60,050 bases of DNA, taken from assembly GCA_964450755.1 (NCBI GenBank), contig CAYVDJ010000118.1:1-60050 (forward strand), in the 5' to 3' direction. Below, piece by piece: positions 27,001 to 34,592 of this stretch; the first letter of the stretch is position 1; each line of letters begins with the position of its first letter. The position numbers were made by a program, and so were the translations under genes. Under the pieces are notes generated by a model. It saw only the letters and a program-made list of their open reading frames with translations. It was not told the DNA's origin and did not search any database. The DNA is from an uncultured Campylobacterales bacterium (GTDB lineage Bacteria; Campylobacterota; Campylobacteria; Campylobacterales; JAADDG01).

Positions 27001-27098
27001 ATATCCCTATAAGCTTTATATCCAAAAACCACGATAATTGTAAAAAGGGTTAAAATAAGAAGTTTATATTTTATAAGCTGTTTAAAAAAAGTTTCCAT
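24051..27098 (-). CDS. heavy-metal efflux RND transporter, CzcA/CusA family
   Basis: 1015 aa, 12-TM RND layout. The N-terminus VDAFPDITPKQVVIYTESPGNSAKDIEKLITYPIE is typical of HME-RND pumps. Confidence 0.9.
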   Translation of the reverse strand: METFFKQLIKYKLLILTLFTIIVVFGYKAYRDIPVDAFPDITPKQVVIYTESPGNSAKDIEKLITYPIESSLSGLPGIKSIMSNSLFGLSYVSVFFDDAYDIYFLRRQVLERLQNVDIPKGWGKPSIGPNTTGLGQILWYRLRTKDSKFSLTKLRELQDYVITPMFKSVNGVEEVIGWGGFKKQYEVLIEPKRLQALGITYQEIVEALSKSNQVAGGQYLEFNKEQYLIRGVGLLKNLEDIKNVVVKAEDAKAVTIKDLAEVKVAKEMRFGAVTVDAKEAVFGMVLQRSGTNAAKVVEKLKERILLINATLPKGIEIEIIYDRSNITRKAIDTMKNALIGGSILVVAVLVLFLFEIRSAFIVVLSLPFSIFIAFLLMKWFEISANLMSLSGLAIAIGMIVDATIVVVENNFRLIHENKNDSLLEIISKGTKEVVKPVIFALLVIMAIFIPLLSLEGLAGKLYSPMAMNIVFVMIGSLVVALIMVPIVSFLFLKPTRHRISPFMIFIKKIYSPVLTFCLKYTKSIITLISFIFFILLYQMSMVGKEFIPKLNEESIMYRVIAIPGTSLSQNVKNSKEIEKYILKNYDEVKSVLAMIGRSEKGETAQSNYMEILLTLNEGIDIERLDDKITEDLSKKFAYIQFVPTQPIAMRIEELLEGIQAELAIKIFGEDQKKLNIIAADIKKALENIRGLKHIETESQLGQAEIKIIPNFLALARYGITIEDIMQLIRKGIGEEKITEKIEGIKRFGVVAKLKNAKKNIDSLKNTMIRSKSGKMVKLLDICNIEILQGPSFIKRENLNRYMVISMEVENRDIASFVKEANEIIKKDIKLPVGYYISWAGDFKNMQEAQKKLMIIIPSTILLIILLLYTAFNSLKKALLILIGIPLGLIGGMIAIFIGDIYLSVSAIIGFIIIFAIAVLNGIVLVSFIDQLREKFPHVKLIDLLKEATLLRLRPVLMTASTTLFGILPLLFVKGVGSEIQYPLSVVVTGGIISSTILTLLVLPGFYLLFFKNEHK

Positions 27099-27107
27099 TT
27101 TTACCCC

Positions 27108-28187
27108 TTAATGACCATGTTCACCAAGCTTTGATTTTAAAATCAAAGACTTCACAAAATAGACTCCCTCACTTACATACTCTTCACCGCTTTTTAACCC
27201 TTTGATAATCGCTTTATCTCCCAAAAATTCCACTACCTTTACAACTTTTGGTTCATATAATATTTCATGATGTTCCTCTTTATGTTTGTGAAGATGATCT
27301 TCTTCATCTTCTTCTTTCGGTATAAACACAACCCAATTTCCTTCCATCATTGTAAGAGCTGTTTGTTTGATAACTTTTTCTCTTTTATAAGGTAAAACCT
27401 CTATCTTCATAAGAGCATATGCGTTTAGTAAAAAAGGTTTTTCTCCATTTTCAATGCTAAATAGGAGTTTTGCCTGTTGTGTTTCTTCGTCAACTTTGGG
27501 TAAAAGCTGTAAAAAGGAGCATCTATATCTTTTATTTGATAAAATAAGTTCTCCTTTTATATTTTTTGGAAGATTTAATGCTTCATCTATATTTAAATAA
27601 GCCATCGCAAAAAACTTTTTATTACCAAGTACTGATACAATAGGAGTAAAAGGATCAACATTACTATGAAGAGATATAAAAATCTTATCTACTCTTCCCT
27701 CTGTATGGGCTTTAACTATAAAAGTATCAATAGCAGAATCCAATTTTTCTATCCCTAAAGTTTTTAGTTGCATTTTTAAACTAAGATATCTTGAATTTAA
27801 ATTTTCAAGTTTCATCCTTTCTTGCTCCAAATCCCTACTTGCCGTAAGCCCTTTTTCAAAAAGTTTTTTCAAATTTTCAAATCTTTTGTTTTGAGATTGA
27901 AGCTCTTTTCTCAATCCCAAAAATTCAGAACTCATTTTTGAAATTGTTAATGATTTTATTTTAGCAACAGGAGATCCTTTTTTTACAAAATCCCCCGTAT
28001 TTATAAAATACTTTTCAATATGCCCTCCTATTTGAGATACAATATTTTGACTTTGATTATTAAGCTGAATAATTTTGGCATTTGTTTTTAAAATTTTTCC
28101 AATCAGCTCTTCTCTAACCGTATCTGTTTTTATTTCACTTGCATACAGGTTTAAAATCAAAAACAGTAAAAGTAATATTTTATTCAT
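27108..28187 (-). CDS. RND periplasmic adaptor (membrane fusion protein, CzcB/CusB-like) with a His-rich insert
   Basis: Signal peptide, lipoyl-like GDFVKKGSPVAKI, coiled-coil hairpin and beta-barrel region. Contains the insert EEDEEDHLHKHKEEHHE and a C-terminal GEHGH. Confidence 0.8.
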   Translation of the reverse strand: MNKILLLLFLILNLYASEIKTDTVREELIGKILKTNAKIIQLNNQSQNIVSQIGGHIEKYFINTGDFVKKGSPVAKIKSLTISKMSSEFLGLRKELQSQNKRFENLKKLFEKGLTASRDLEQERMKLENLNSRYLSLKMQLKTLGIEKLDSAIDTFIVKAHTEGRVDKIFISLHSNVDPFTPIVSVLGNKKFFAMAYLNIDEALNLPKNIKGELILSNKRYRCSFLQLLPKVDEETQQAKLLFSIENGEKPFLLNAYALMKIEVLPYKREKVIKQTALTMMEGNWVVFIPKEEDEEDHLHKHKEEHHEILYEPKVVKVVEFLGDKAIIKGLKSGEEYVSEGVYFVKSLILKSKLGEHGH

Positions 28188-29337
28188 TATAAGCCCCTTG
28201 TAAATATTTTAATTTGATAATTTCCAGATTTAGATAAAAGAGAGTATCCAATATAAAACCATCTATTTTTAAAAGATTGTTCTTTGAGAGTAAAAGCTCT
28301 ATCAATGAGCTTTTATCTATTTTATATCCCTCTTCATATAGATTTAACAGCTTTTTTTGATCTCTTTTTAGTTCTGTCAAAGAGTTATACTCTTTTTTTA
28401 AATCCAAAACTTTCTCTTTTAAATTTCTAAGAGTTATTTTCAGTCTCTTTTTTAAAAGTTCCTCTTCATATTTGACTTTTTTTGCATTTATCAAAGATAA
28501 CTCTCTTTCCTCTTTCTTTTTGTTAAATATGGGTAAAGGAAATGAAACACCGATCTTTATTACATCTTGATCCGGCTCTTTTTCAAATTCACTAAAAAGT
28601 TCATAATTGTCAATCGTATGAGAATTTACCTCCACCTCTTTTAGAAAATAATCCCTTTTTATTCGGTATATAAGGAGTTCCTGATTTTGAAGCTCCCTAT
28701 TTTTAAAATCCTCAAAAGTATATAAAAATGATGAACTGTCCAGATCAGCATCAACATTTGCATACTCCAAAAGTTTAAAATATGCTTTTTTTACAACTCT
28801 TTGCTGCATCAAAAGCTGATTTTCAATTCTCTTTTTTTCAAGAGCCAATTTCAAAATCTCTGCTTTTGTTTCATTCCCTCTTTTAAATTTATCTTTCACT
28901 ATATTTAAAAGAGAATCTGCTATTTTTATTTCATTTTTCAAAAGAGAAATTTTTGATTTTTCATAGATATATTCAGTATATAATTTTTCCAAAGAAGCTA
29001 TAAAAGAGGCCTTTTCTTTTTTATAAATACTCTTTGTCAAATTGATATCTAATAACGAAAGTTTTTTAGAGTCATCTTTGAAACTCTTTGGTAAAACCGA
29101 CATATTGATTGATATAGCATATCCTAAATTATAAGATTCATTTTTGGATTTAAATCTATTCATTTGAAAATCCAATTTTGGATTATTGGATCTTGTTTTG
29201 ATCCTGTTTTGAATAATGCTTTTTTTTATCGATAAAGCTTTTGAAACAAAAATATTTTTTACAGCTTTGTCTTTAAATTCTTCAAAACCAATCCCAAAAA
29301 GGAACAAAGGAAACAGAAAAACTATAAATTTTTTCAT
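28180..29337 (-). CDS. outer membrane efflux protein (TolC/CzcC-like)
   Basis: Signal peptide. 385 aa of long heptad-rich helical repeats typical of OMF proteins. It is first in the operon and overlaps the adaptor gene by 8 nt. Confidence 0.7.
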   Translation of the reverse strand: MKKFIVFLFPLFLFGIGFEEFKDKAVKNIFVSKALSIKKSIIQNRIKTRSNNPKLDFQMNRFKSKNESYNLGYAISINMSVLPKSFKDDSKKLSLLDINLTKSIYKKEKASFIASLEKLYTEYIYEKSKISLLKNEIKIADSLLNIVKDKFKRGNETKAEILKLALEKKRIENQLLMQQRVVKKAYFKLLEYANVDADLDSSSFLYTFEDFKNRELQNQELLIYRIKRDYFLKEVEVNSHTIDNYELFSEFEKEPDQDVIKIGVSFPLPIFNKKKEERELSLINAKKVKYEEELLKKRLKITLRNLKEKVLDLKKEYNSLTELKRDQKKLLNLYEEGYKIDKSSLIELLLSKNNLLKIDGFILDTLFYLNLEIIKLKYLQGAYNE

Positions 29338-29657
29338 CTGTATTCCTTAGAAAGCACTTTTGCATTAAAAGCATTGATTTTGATTTTACATGACTCCGTA
29401 AAAACCACATAGTAAAGCATAAGTCCACAATGCGTTAGAAACAGACTTTTTATTTTTTCGTTATGGCAGATTTTGGAAGCAATTTCTTTTGCTTTTTGCT
29501 CATCTGTTTTACATAATCTACGCATGTTTCTCTTCTTTTTCATTTTAAGAGCAGGTCTGTTATTTGCATTGTGTATTCTAAAATGTTCAGAAAAACTCAT
29601 TTTTTCCTGCGCAAAAACCAAGGTTGAAAGCAGTATCAACAGGTATAAATATTTCAT
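29334..29657 (-). CDS. small secreted protein, possibly PepSY-like
   Basis: Signal peptide MKYLYLLILLSTLVFAQE. The C-terminal half (EQKAKEIASKI...YYVVFTES.KIKINAFNAKVL) loosely resembles a PepSY fold. 4-nt overlap with the OMF gene. Confidence 0.35.
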   Translation of the reverse strand: MKYLYLLILLSTLVFAQEKMSFSEHFRIHNANNRPALKMKKKRNMRRLCKTDEQKAKEIASKICHNEKIKSLFLTHCGLMLYYVVFTESCKIKINAFNAKVLSKEYR

Positions 29658-29719
29658 TGCATATCCTTTTTTAATATATATGATTTTTTTTATGATAAAT
29701 TGTGATGAATTAAAAAAAG

Positions 29720-30016
29720 TTATGCTTTTGGAGGTTTAAACAAGAGAATTATAATCTTAAGCTTATAGAGTTTATCATGATAATTAATTGGAGTTTTTTT
29801 ATAAAAATATCCCAATTGAATTTGAAAATTTTCAAAAATCGCACTTAAATGAAAAAGGTGGTGAAAATCACACAAATCCCCATGTTCTACGGGTTGAGAA
29901 ACTTCTACAACATACTCTTTCAGTTCTGTTTGATGATCTGTATGGTGTATAAAATAAGGATGAATGACATTAATAAAAACAGAAAACAATAACATAACAA
30001 CAATAAGCTTTTTCAT
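29720..30016 (-). CDS. small His-rich membrane/secreted protein (possible metal-binding accessory of the efflux operon)
   Basis: N-terminal hydrophobic segment, then HPYFIHHTDHQ...EHGDLCDFHHLFH. No family recognised. Confidence 0.35.
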   Translation of the reverse strand: MKKLIVVMLLFSVFINVIHPYFIHHTDHQTELKEYVVEVSQPVEHGDLCDFHHLFHLSAIFENFQIQLGYFYKKTPINYHDKLYKLKIIILLFKPPKA

Positions 30017-30065
30017 AATAAAAAATTATATCTAAATTGTAAAAAAGTTGCAATGATTAAAAAAA

Positions 30066-30140
30066 ACAGCACGGAGTTATAAAATCTCCATCCCCCTTGC
30101 ATTTGTGCAGATATTTATCTCTGGTGCCGTGCTTTTAAAG
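30066..30140 (-). terminator. structured terminator region after the peptidase-PKD-ricin gene
   Basis: On the minus strand, AGCACGG...CCGTGCT encloses small internal hairpins (GGAG-N9-CTCC, TGCA-N4-TGCA) and is followed by a T8 run. Confidence 0.45.
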
Positions 30141-30155
30141 CTTTGATTGATGTTT

Positions 30156-32093
30156 CTATTTTAACATCCATCGTTGATTGCTTCTTCCATGACACGGCCA
30201 TGTGATTAGTTTGGCACCAGGAGATGAATTTGATTTGGCTATATCTATGCAATAATTATTTAAGCGAGATTTTAATTCTCCGTTATCATAATACCACTGT
30301 TGATTACTTTTCCCATGACACGGCCATGTAATAAGCTGTGCTCCCGCTGATGAATCTGCACCGGAAATATCTATACAGTATCCGTTTAAAGCAGATCTAA
30401 TCTGTCCGTTGTCATAATACCACTGTTGATTGCTTTTCCCATGACACGGCCATGTGATAAGCTGCGCTCCTGCCGATGAATCTGCACCGGAAATATCTAT
30501 ACAGTATCCGTTCATTTTGGAGACAATCATTTTAAAATTGTCAAAGACGGGAGGATTGGGAGAAGGAGACGGAGGAGTATAATCATCAATAACCGTTAAA
30601 GTAAAACTGTCTTGAGAAGATAAATCATCATTATCGGTTACAGTCAGTTTTATCTCAAACTTTCCTACTGAATCAGGAGTAATTTTCAACTTTTTTTCAT
30701 ACCCTAAAATATAATTATCCACGCTCCATTGATATTGCACAATATATCCGTCAAGATCCATGCTATTTGACCCGTCAAGGATAACACTTTGTCCTATTTT
30801 TATCTGTTTGTCACTTCCTGCATCAGCAACAGGAGGCTCTTTTACACTTTTTAGAGGTACTATAACAGTAACCTGTTCAAGATACAAAGGATTATAACAT
30901 CTGTTTCTATCTTTTTCCCATCCTGTTTTGACACAGAAATAGTCATTGTTATCATAAATATCATCTATATATTTATATGCAACGGCAGAATGAAAGAAAT
31001 TTTGTGACAAAATAACGATACTTGCCAAAATCGGTCTGTTGGAATATATTTCCCTCATAAGTGTCATCCATGCACTGAAAGGATCTTCTCTCACAGCGAT
31101 ATAGGCATAAGATTCAGGATATCCCCTCTCTTCCACATAATGAATTCCCTGCGCCATATTTGAACGGGGAGTTGCTCCACTATCATCGCTATCGCAAAAT
31201 GTACCCAGATATTCTCTCAATCTTTCGATCATGTACCTTACATCCGGATCAGATGTATTTATATTGTCATTATCATAAGCACTTCCTACCATTTTCGGAA
31301 ATCCGTTTCTATCCCAATATTCTAAAAGTATAGCCCATGCTACAGGAGAACATCCCGCAACGCAATATCCGTTGTTTGACCAGTTTCTATACTCTTGGTA
31401 AAAATCGCTGAAATTATACCTTCCCATATTTTTTGTATTTCTCTTTTTCTCAACAGACTTTATCGATTTTACTTTAATATCTTTAAAAAGATCTTCCCCT
31501 TTTCCTTTTAGCAATTTCTCTTTTAATTTTACATTCTCTTTGATAAACTTTAAACTTCTTCTTTTTTGATTATTTTGAAAGTATTTTACTTCTTTACACT
31601 CTTTTAACGGAGAAAAAACAAACCACCCATTCTCTTTGGAAACACCGTTTAAAAAACCGATCTCTTTATCTACCTTAAATCCAATCCCATAACATACAGG
31701 AAGAGCTATGAAAAATCTACTCTCAAGGACTTTAATACCCGCTTGTTTGAAATTTTTTCTTAACTTTTTCTCATAAGACAAGAGGTTTGCGCTTATAGAT
31801 TTGCCATTTTCCAAAACAATTGGAATCAAAGGAGTATTTTTATCATTGCTTATAAAAAAACCTCCGCTCTCATTTTCCAAAGATACTTCATATCCAACAA
31901 TATTTCCCTCAATATCATAAAATTTTTCGATATTAGATATATTGGCTTCTCTCCATTCCTTAAAAATATTTTCCTGCACTCTTTTTTTGTAATTTTGTGC
32001 TATCAAAGTAGCTTCATCAAACTTTATGAAATCCTTTCCGTTTAAAAAACCTGCAATTAATACCAATATCCAGATAATTCTGCCCATCATCAC
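30156..32093 (-). CDS. secreted multidomain protein: pro-region, papain-fold (C10/streptopain-like) cysteine peptidase, PKD domain, Pro-rich linker, ricin-B (beta-trefoil) lectin
   Basis: Signal peptide. Candidate catalytic Cys in GYCVAGCSPVAWAILLEYW and His in FFHSAVAYKY, with KTGWEKD. PKD-like ADAGSDKQIKIGQSVILDGSNS...IKLTVTDNDDLSSQDSFTLTV. Linker PPSPSPNPP. Three units of YCIDI...GA.LITWPCHG.SNQ.W (QxW). Confidence 0.6.
   Translation of the reverse strand: MMMGRIIWILVLIAGFLNGKDFIKFDEATLIAQNYKKRVQENIFKEWREANISNIEKFYDIEGNIVGYEVSLENESGGFFISNDKNTPLIPIVLENGKSISANLLSYEKKLRKNFKQAGIKVLESRFFIALPVCYGIGFKVDKEIGFLNGVSKENGWFVFSPLKECKEVKYFQNNQKRRSLKFIKENVKLKEKLLKGKGEDLFKDIKVKSIKSVEKKRNTKNMGRYNFSDFYQEYRNWSNNGYCVAGCSPVAWAILLEYWDRNGFPKMVGSAYDNDNINTSDPDVRYMIERLREYLGTFCDSDDSGATPRSNMAQGIHYVEERGYPESYAYIAVREDPFSAWMTLMREIYSNRPILASIVILSQNFFHSAVAYKYIDDIYDNNDYFCVKTGWEKDRNRCYNPLYLEQVTVIVPLKSVKEPPVADAGSDKQIKIGQSVILDGSNSMDLDGYIVQYQWSVDNYILGYEKKLKITPDSVGKFEIKLTVTDNDDLSSQDSFTLTVIDDYTPPSPSPNPPVFDNFKMIVSKMNGYCIDISGADSSAGAQLITWPCHGKSNQQWYYDNGQIRSALNGYCIDISGADSSAGAQLITWPCHGKSNQQWYYDNGELKSRLNNYCIDIAKSNSSPGAKLITWPCHGRSNQRWMLK
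30160..30535. repeat. three tandem 126-nt (42-codon) units encoding the ricin beta-trefoil; two units are nearly identical at DNA level
   Basis: The unit starting at 30286 and the unit starting at 30412 differ at only a handful of positions over about 100 nt. The third unit (30160-30285) is clearly more diverged. Confidence 0.75.
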
Positions 32094-32337
32094 TCCCTTA
32101 AAAAAACCTCCATACTGTTTATCTTATACTATATCTTGGATAAATAAAAAATATCAATTTTTTTTACTAATAAAATTTAATTTTACAGCTTACAATCACA
32201 ATTTGATATTTAAAAATTAAAAACAGTTAAATTGATTTTAAAATAGAAAAGTACCTACAATCAATATCTTTTACAAAGAAAGGTTAAAAGTAAAATTATG
32301 AAGAAGTATAGAAATATATATTACAACTTATACAAAT

Positions 32338-32859
32338 CTATTCTTTTTGTGCCAAAAATTCCCTGGCCTGTCTTATCCATTCATCTCTTTCGATTCTTCC
32401 GGGAAATTTTAGATAGGTATCGACCTTTGCGGCATCCTCTTTTGACCAGTTGGCTATCTGTTTGAAAGTATATACGCCCAAAGAATTTAAAAGTTTTTCA
32501 AGTTTTACACCTATACCTTTGATCTGTTTGAGATCATCAGCCTGTGCCATCCCCTCCTCTTCATTCAAAGCATTGGGAACTATTCTTCTGGCTATCATCG
32601 CACTTTCATTTTCAGCCTCATCTGTATCGAGAGTTTCCGTATTTATATTCTCATCCGAAAATTCTTCACCGGGGAGTTCTTCCAGAGGAGATTCCTCTTC
32701 AGATTTTTCAGAATCTTCTTCACTGCATACATAAAAACATCCCATGCACATAGCTATCAACAAAAACAGAAGGAAAAAACCCAGGATAATAGAGGAACCG
32801 GAAAAATTCATGACAAACCCTTTAAAAATAGAACTTATATTATTGTAATCTAAGCTCAA
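32338..32859 (-). CDS. membrane-anchored acidic protein with a C-terminal helix-hairpin-helix-type domain
   Basis: One TM segment (IILGFFLLFLLIAMCMGCFYV) and a Glu/Asp-rich linker. The C-terminal DDLKQIKGIGVKLEKLLNSLGVYTFKQIANWSKEDAAKVDTYLKFPGRIERDEWIRQA resembles a module also seen as a C-terminal extension of some NuoE proteins. Confidence 0.45.
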   Translation of the reverse strand: MSLDYNNISSIFKGFVMNFSGSSIILGFFLLFLLIAMCMGCFYVCSEEDSEKSEEESPLEELPGEEFSDENINTETLDTDEAENESAMIARRIVPNALNEEEGMAQADDLKQIKGIGVKLEKLLNSLGVYTFKQIANWSKEDAAKVDTYLKFPGRIERDEWIRQAREFLAQKE

Positions 32860-32883
32860 TAAAAAATAGATTAATCCCTTCTA

Positions 32884-33498
32884 TTAAATGATATTTTTAT
32901 TGACAATAAAACCGCCTATCACCTCAAAGAGCGTTATCAGAGCCGATCTCAGGCTTTTGCCAAAAACCATTATCCCCTCTTGATGTCCGCTCATCACAAA
33001 TTTTGGATTTTCAAGAGGATTTATGTCTTGATATATCCTTTTAACCTCTTTGATCATCTCTTTGGAACCGTAGGGAACATCTTTTGTTTTCAGATAATCG
33101 CCCTCTAACATAAATCTCCACAAATTCAAAGAGTGGATATGTATAACAGCGTTTATATCCTTGTCAAGGTTATAGATCGTAGCATGGGTGAGGCTTTCAC
33201 TGCTTGGTTTTATCATTCCGCTTGATTTGAGATAGAACTTTTCATCTTCAAAATCCTCCACAAGAGTATAGTCGTTTGCATCCAGACTTTTTTTATCTCC
33301 CGTTTGGGTACCTGTTATGACAAAAGATTTTTCACCCTCCCTTTTGCTGATATTGCCGTATCCTATACCATCTTTCCAACCGATGAGTTTCATGGCAAAA
33401 AGCTCTTCTCTGATCTTCTCTGTCTCTTCCCAAAGTTTTTTATCCAAAGGAGAGGTTTTTGTAAATTGAAAATCATATTTTATAATTCCGTCTTTCAT
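32884..33498 (-). CDS. class II aldolase/adducin-family protein (MtnB dehydratase or Ald2-type 5-methylthioribulose-1-P aldolase)
   Basis: GNISKRE, PSSESLTHATIY, VIHIHS and GHQEGIMVFG match the class II aldolase metal and phosphate motifs. 4-nt overlap with mtnA. Confidence 0.7.
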   Translation of the reverse strand: MKDGIIKYDFQFTKTSPLDKKLWEETEKIREELFAMKLIGWKDGIGYGNISKREGEKSFVITGTQTGDKKSLDANDYTLVEDFEDEKFYLKSSGMIKPSSESLTHATIYNLDKDINAVIHIHSLNLWRFMLEGDYLKTKDVPYGSKEMIKEVKRIYQDINPLENPKFVMSGHQEGIMVFGKSLRSALITLFEVIGGFIVNKNII

Positions 33499-34592
33499 TT
33501 GAAAATTTCCCTTTTACTGCACAAATCCTCAAACATCTCTTCTATCTCTTTTTGATCTGCCTTGCAGATTCCTCTCTCGGTAATCAGCCCTGTTATCAGT
33601 TTTGCGGGAGTTACATCAAAACCGTAATTCAAAGCGGGTGAATTATCCAAAACTATCCTTATCTCTTTTAGCTCACCTCTCTTATCAACCCCTCTTATAA
33701 ATTTCACTTCGTTTTCATCTCTTATCTCGATGGGTATCTCTTTGATCCCGTCTATGATCTCAAAGTCAAATGTCGAAGCCGGAAGAGCTATATAAAATGG
33801 TATATTGTTCTCTTTTGCCGCAAGAGCTTTCAGGTAAGTTCCTATCTTGTTTGCCGCATCTCCTCTTCTGCTTACGCGATCCGCTCCTGTGATACAGACA
33901 TCAACCATCCCTTTTTGCATCAAAAGTCCGCCGGTATTGTCCGCTATGACCGTATGGGGGATCTTCTCTTTTGAAAGTTCCCATGCCGTCAGATTTGCTC
34001 CCTGATTTCTCGGTCTTGTCTCATCTACCCAGACATGTATATCAATACCTCTGTTTTTCAGCTCATAAATCGGTGCAAGTGCTGTTCCTTTATCGATAAT
34101 GGCAAGATATCCGGCATTACAGTGAGTCAGGATATTTAACTTTTTGATCCCTTTTTTTCTCATGATGTTTTCAAAAAGATCAGCTCCGAATTTTGCGATA
34201 TTTTCGCTTCTTTTTACATCTTCGTCACATATCTTTACAGCCTCTTTTTTCAAAACTTCCTCTCTTGAGAAAGTATCACACTCTTTTGCTTTTTGCATCA
34301 TGCGATCCACCGCCCACATCAGATTTACGGCGGTCGGTCTTGATTCTCTTATCGATTTTGCTTTTTTTTCAAGTTCTTTTATGTCTCCATTGCACTCTTT
34401 GGCGGCAAGATAAACCCCAAAAGCCGCCGTATTGCCTATCACTCCCGCACCTCTTACAGTCATATCTTTTATGGCTTTTATGCACTCTTTTGTATTTTTG
34501 ATAACAACCGTACTCTCTTTGAAAGGAAGATATCTTTGATCCAAAACCTCAAGATATCCGTCATCTCTTAACCAAAGCGCTTTATATTTCAC
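33495..34592 (-). CDS. mtnA: S-methyl-5-thioribose-1-phosphate isomerase MtnA
   Basis: eIF-2B-like family. RPTAVNLMWAV, THCNAG, ETRPRNQGA and GADRVSRRGDAANKIGTY are present. Confidence 0.9.
   Translation of the reverse strand: MKYKALWLRDDGYLEVLDQRYLPFKESTVVIKNTKECIKAIKDMTVRGAGVIGNTAAFGVYLAAKECNGDIKELEKKAKSIRESRPTAVNLMWAVDRMMQKAKECDTFSREEVLKKEAVKICDEDVKRSENIAKFGADLFENIMRKKGIKKLNILTHCNAGYLAIIDKGTALAPIYELKNRGIDIHVWVDETRPRNQGANLTAWELSKEKIPHTVIADNTGGLLMQKGMVDVCITGADRVSRRGDAANKIGTYLKALAAKENNIPFYIALPASTFDFEIIDGIKEIPIEIRDENEVKFIRGVDKRGELKEIRIVLDNSPALNYGFDVTPAKLITGLITERGICKADQKEIEEMFEDLCSKREIFK

Noticed and set aside
30160-30535. Regular 126-nt repeats (and the 66-nt repeats at 23175-23330) considered as a possible CRISPR-like or satellite array
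   Set aside because: There are no unique spacers. The repeats are contiguous, in frame and encode lectin lobes or a GS tract. No cas genes are present in the window.
32298-32465. 55-codon plus-strand ORF beginning at the ATG at 32298 after AAAGG, antisense to the 3' end of the HhH-domain gene
   Set aside because: It is short and overlaps the conserved C-terminal module of the opposite-strand gene. Its translation has no features, so it is most likely fortuitous.
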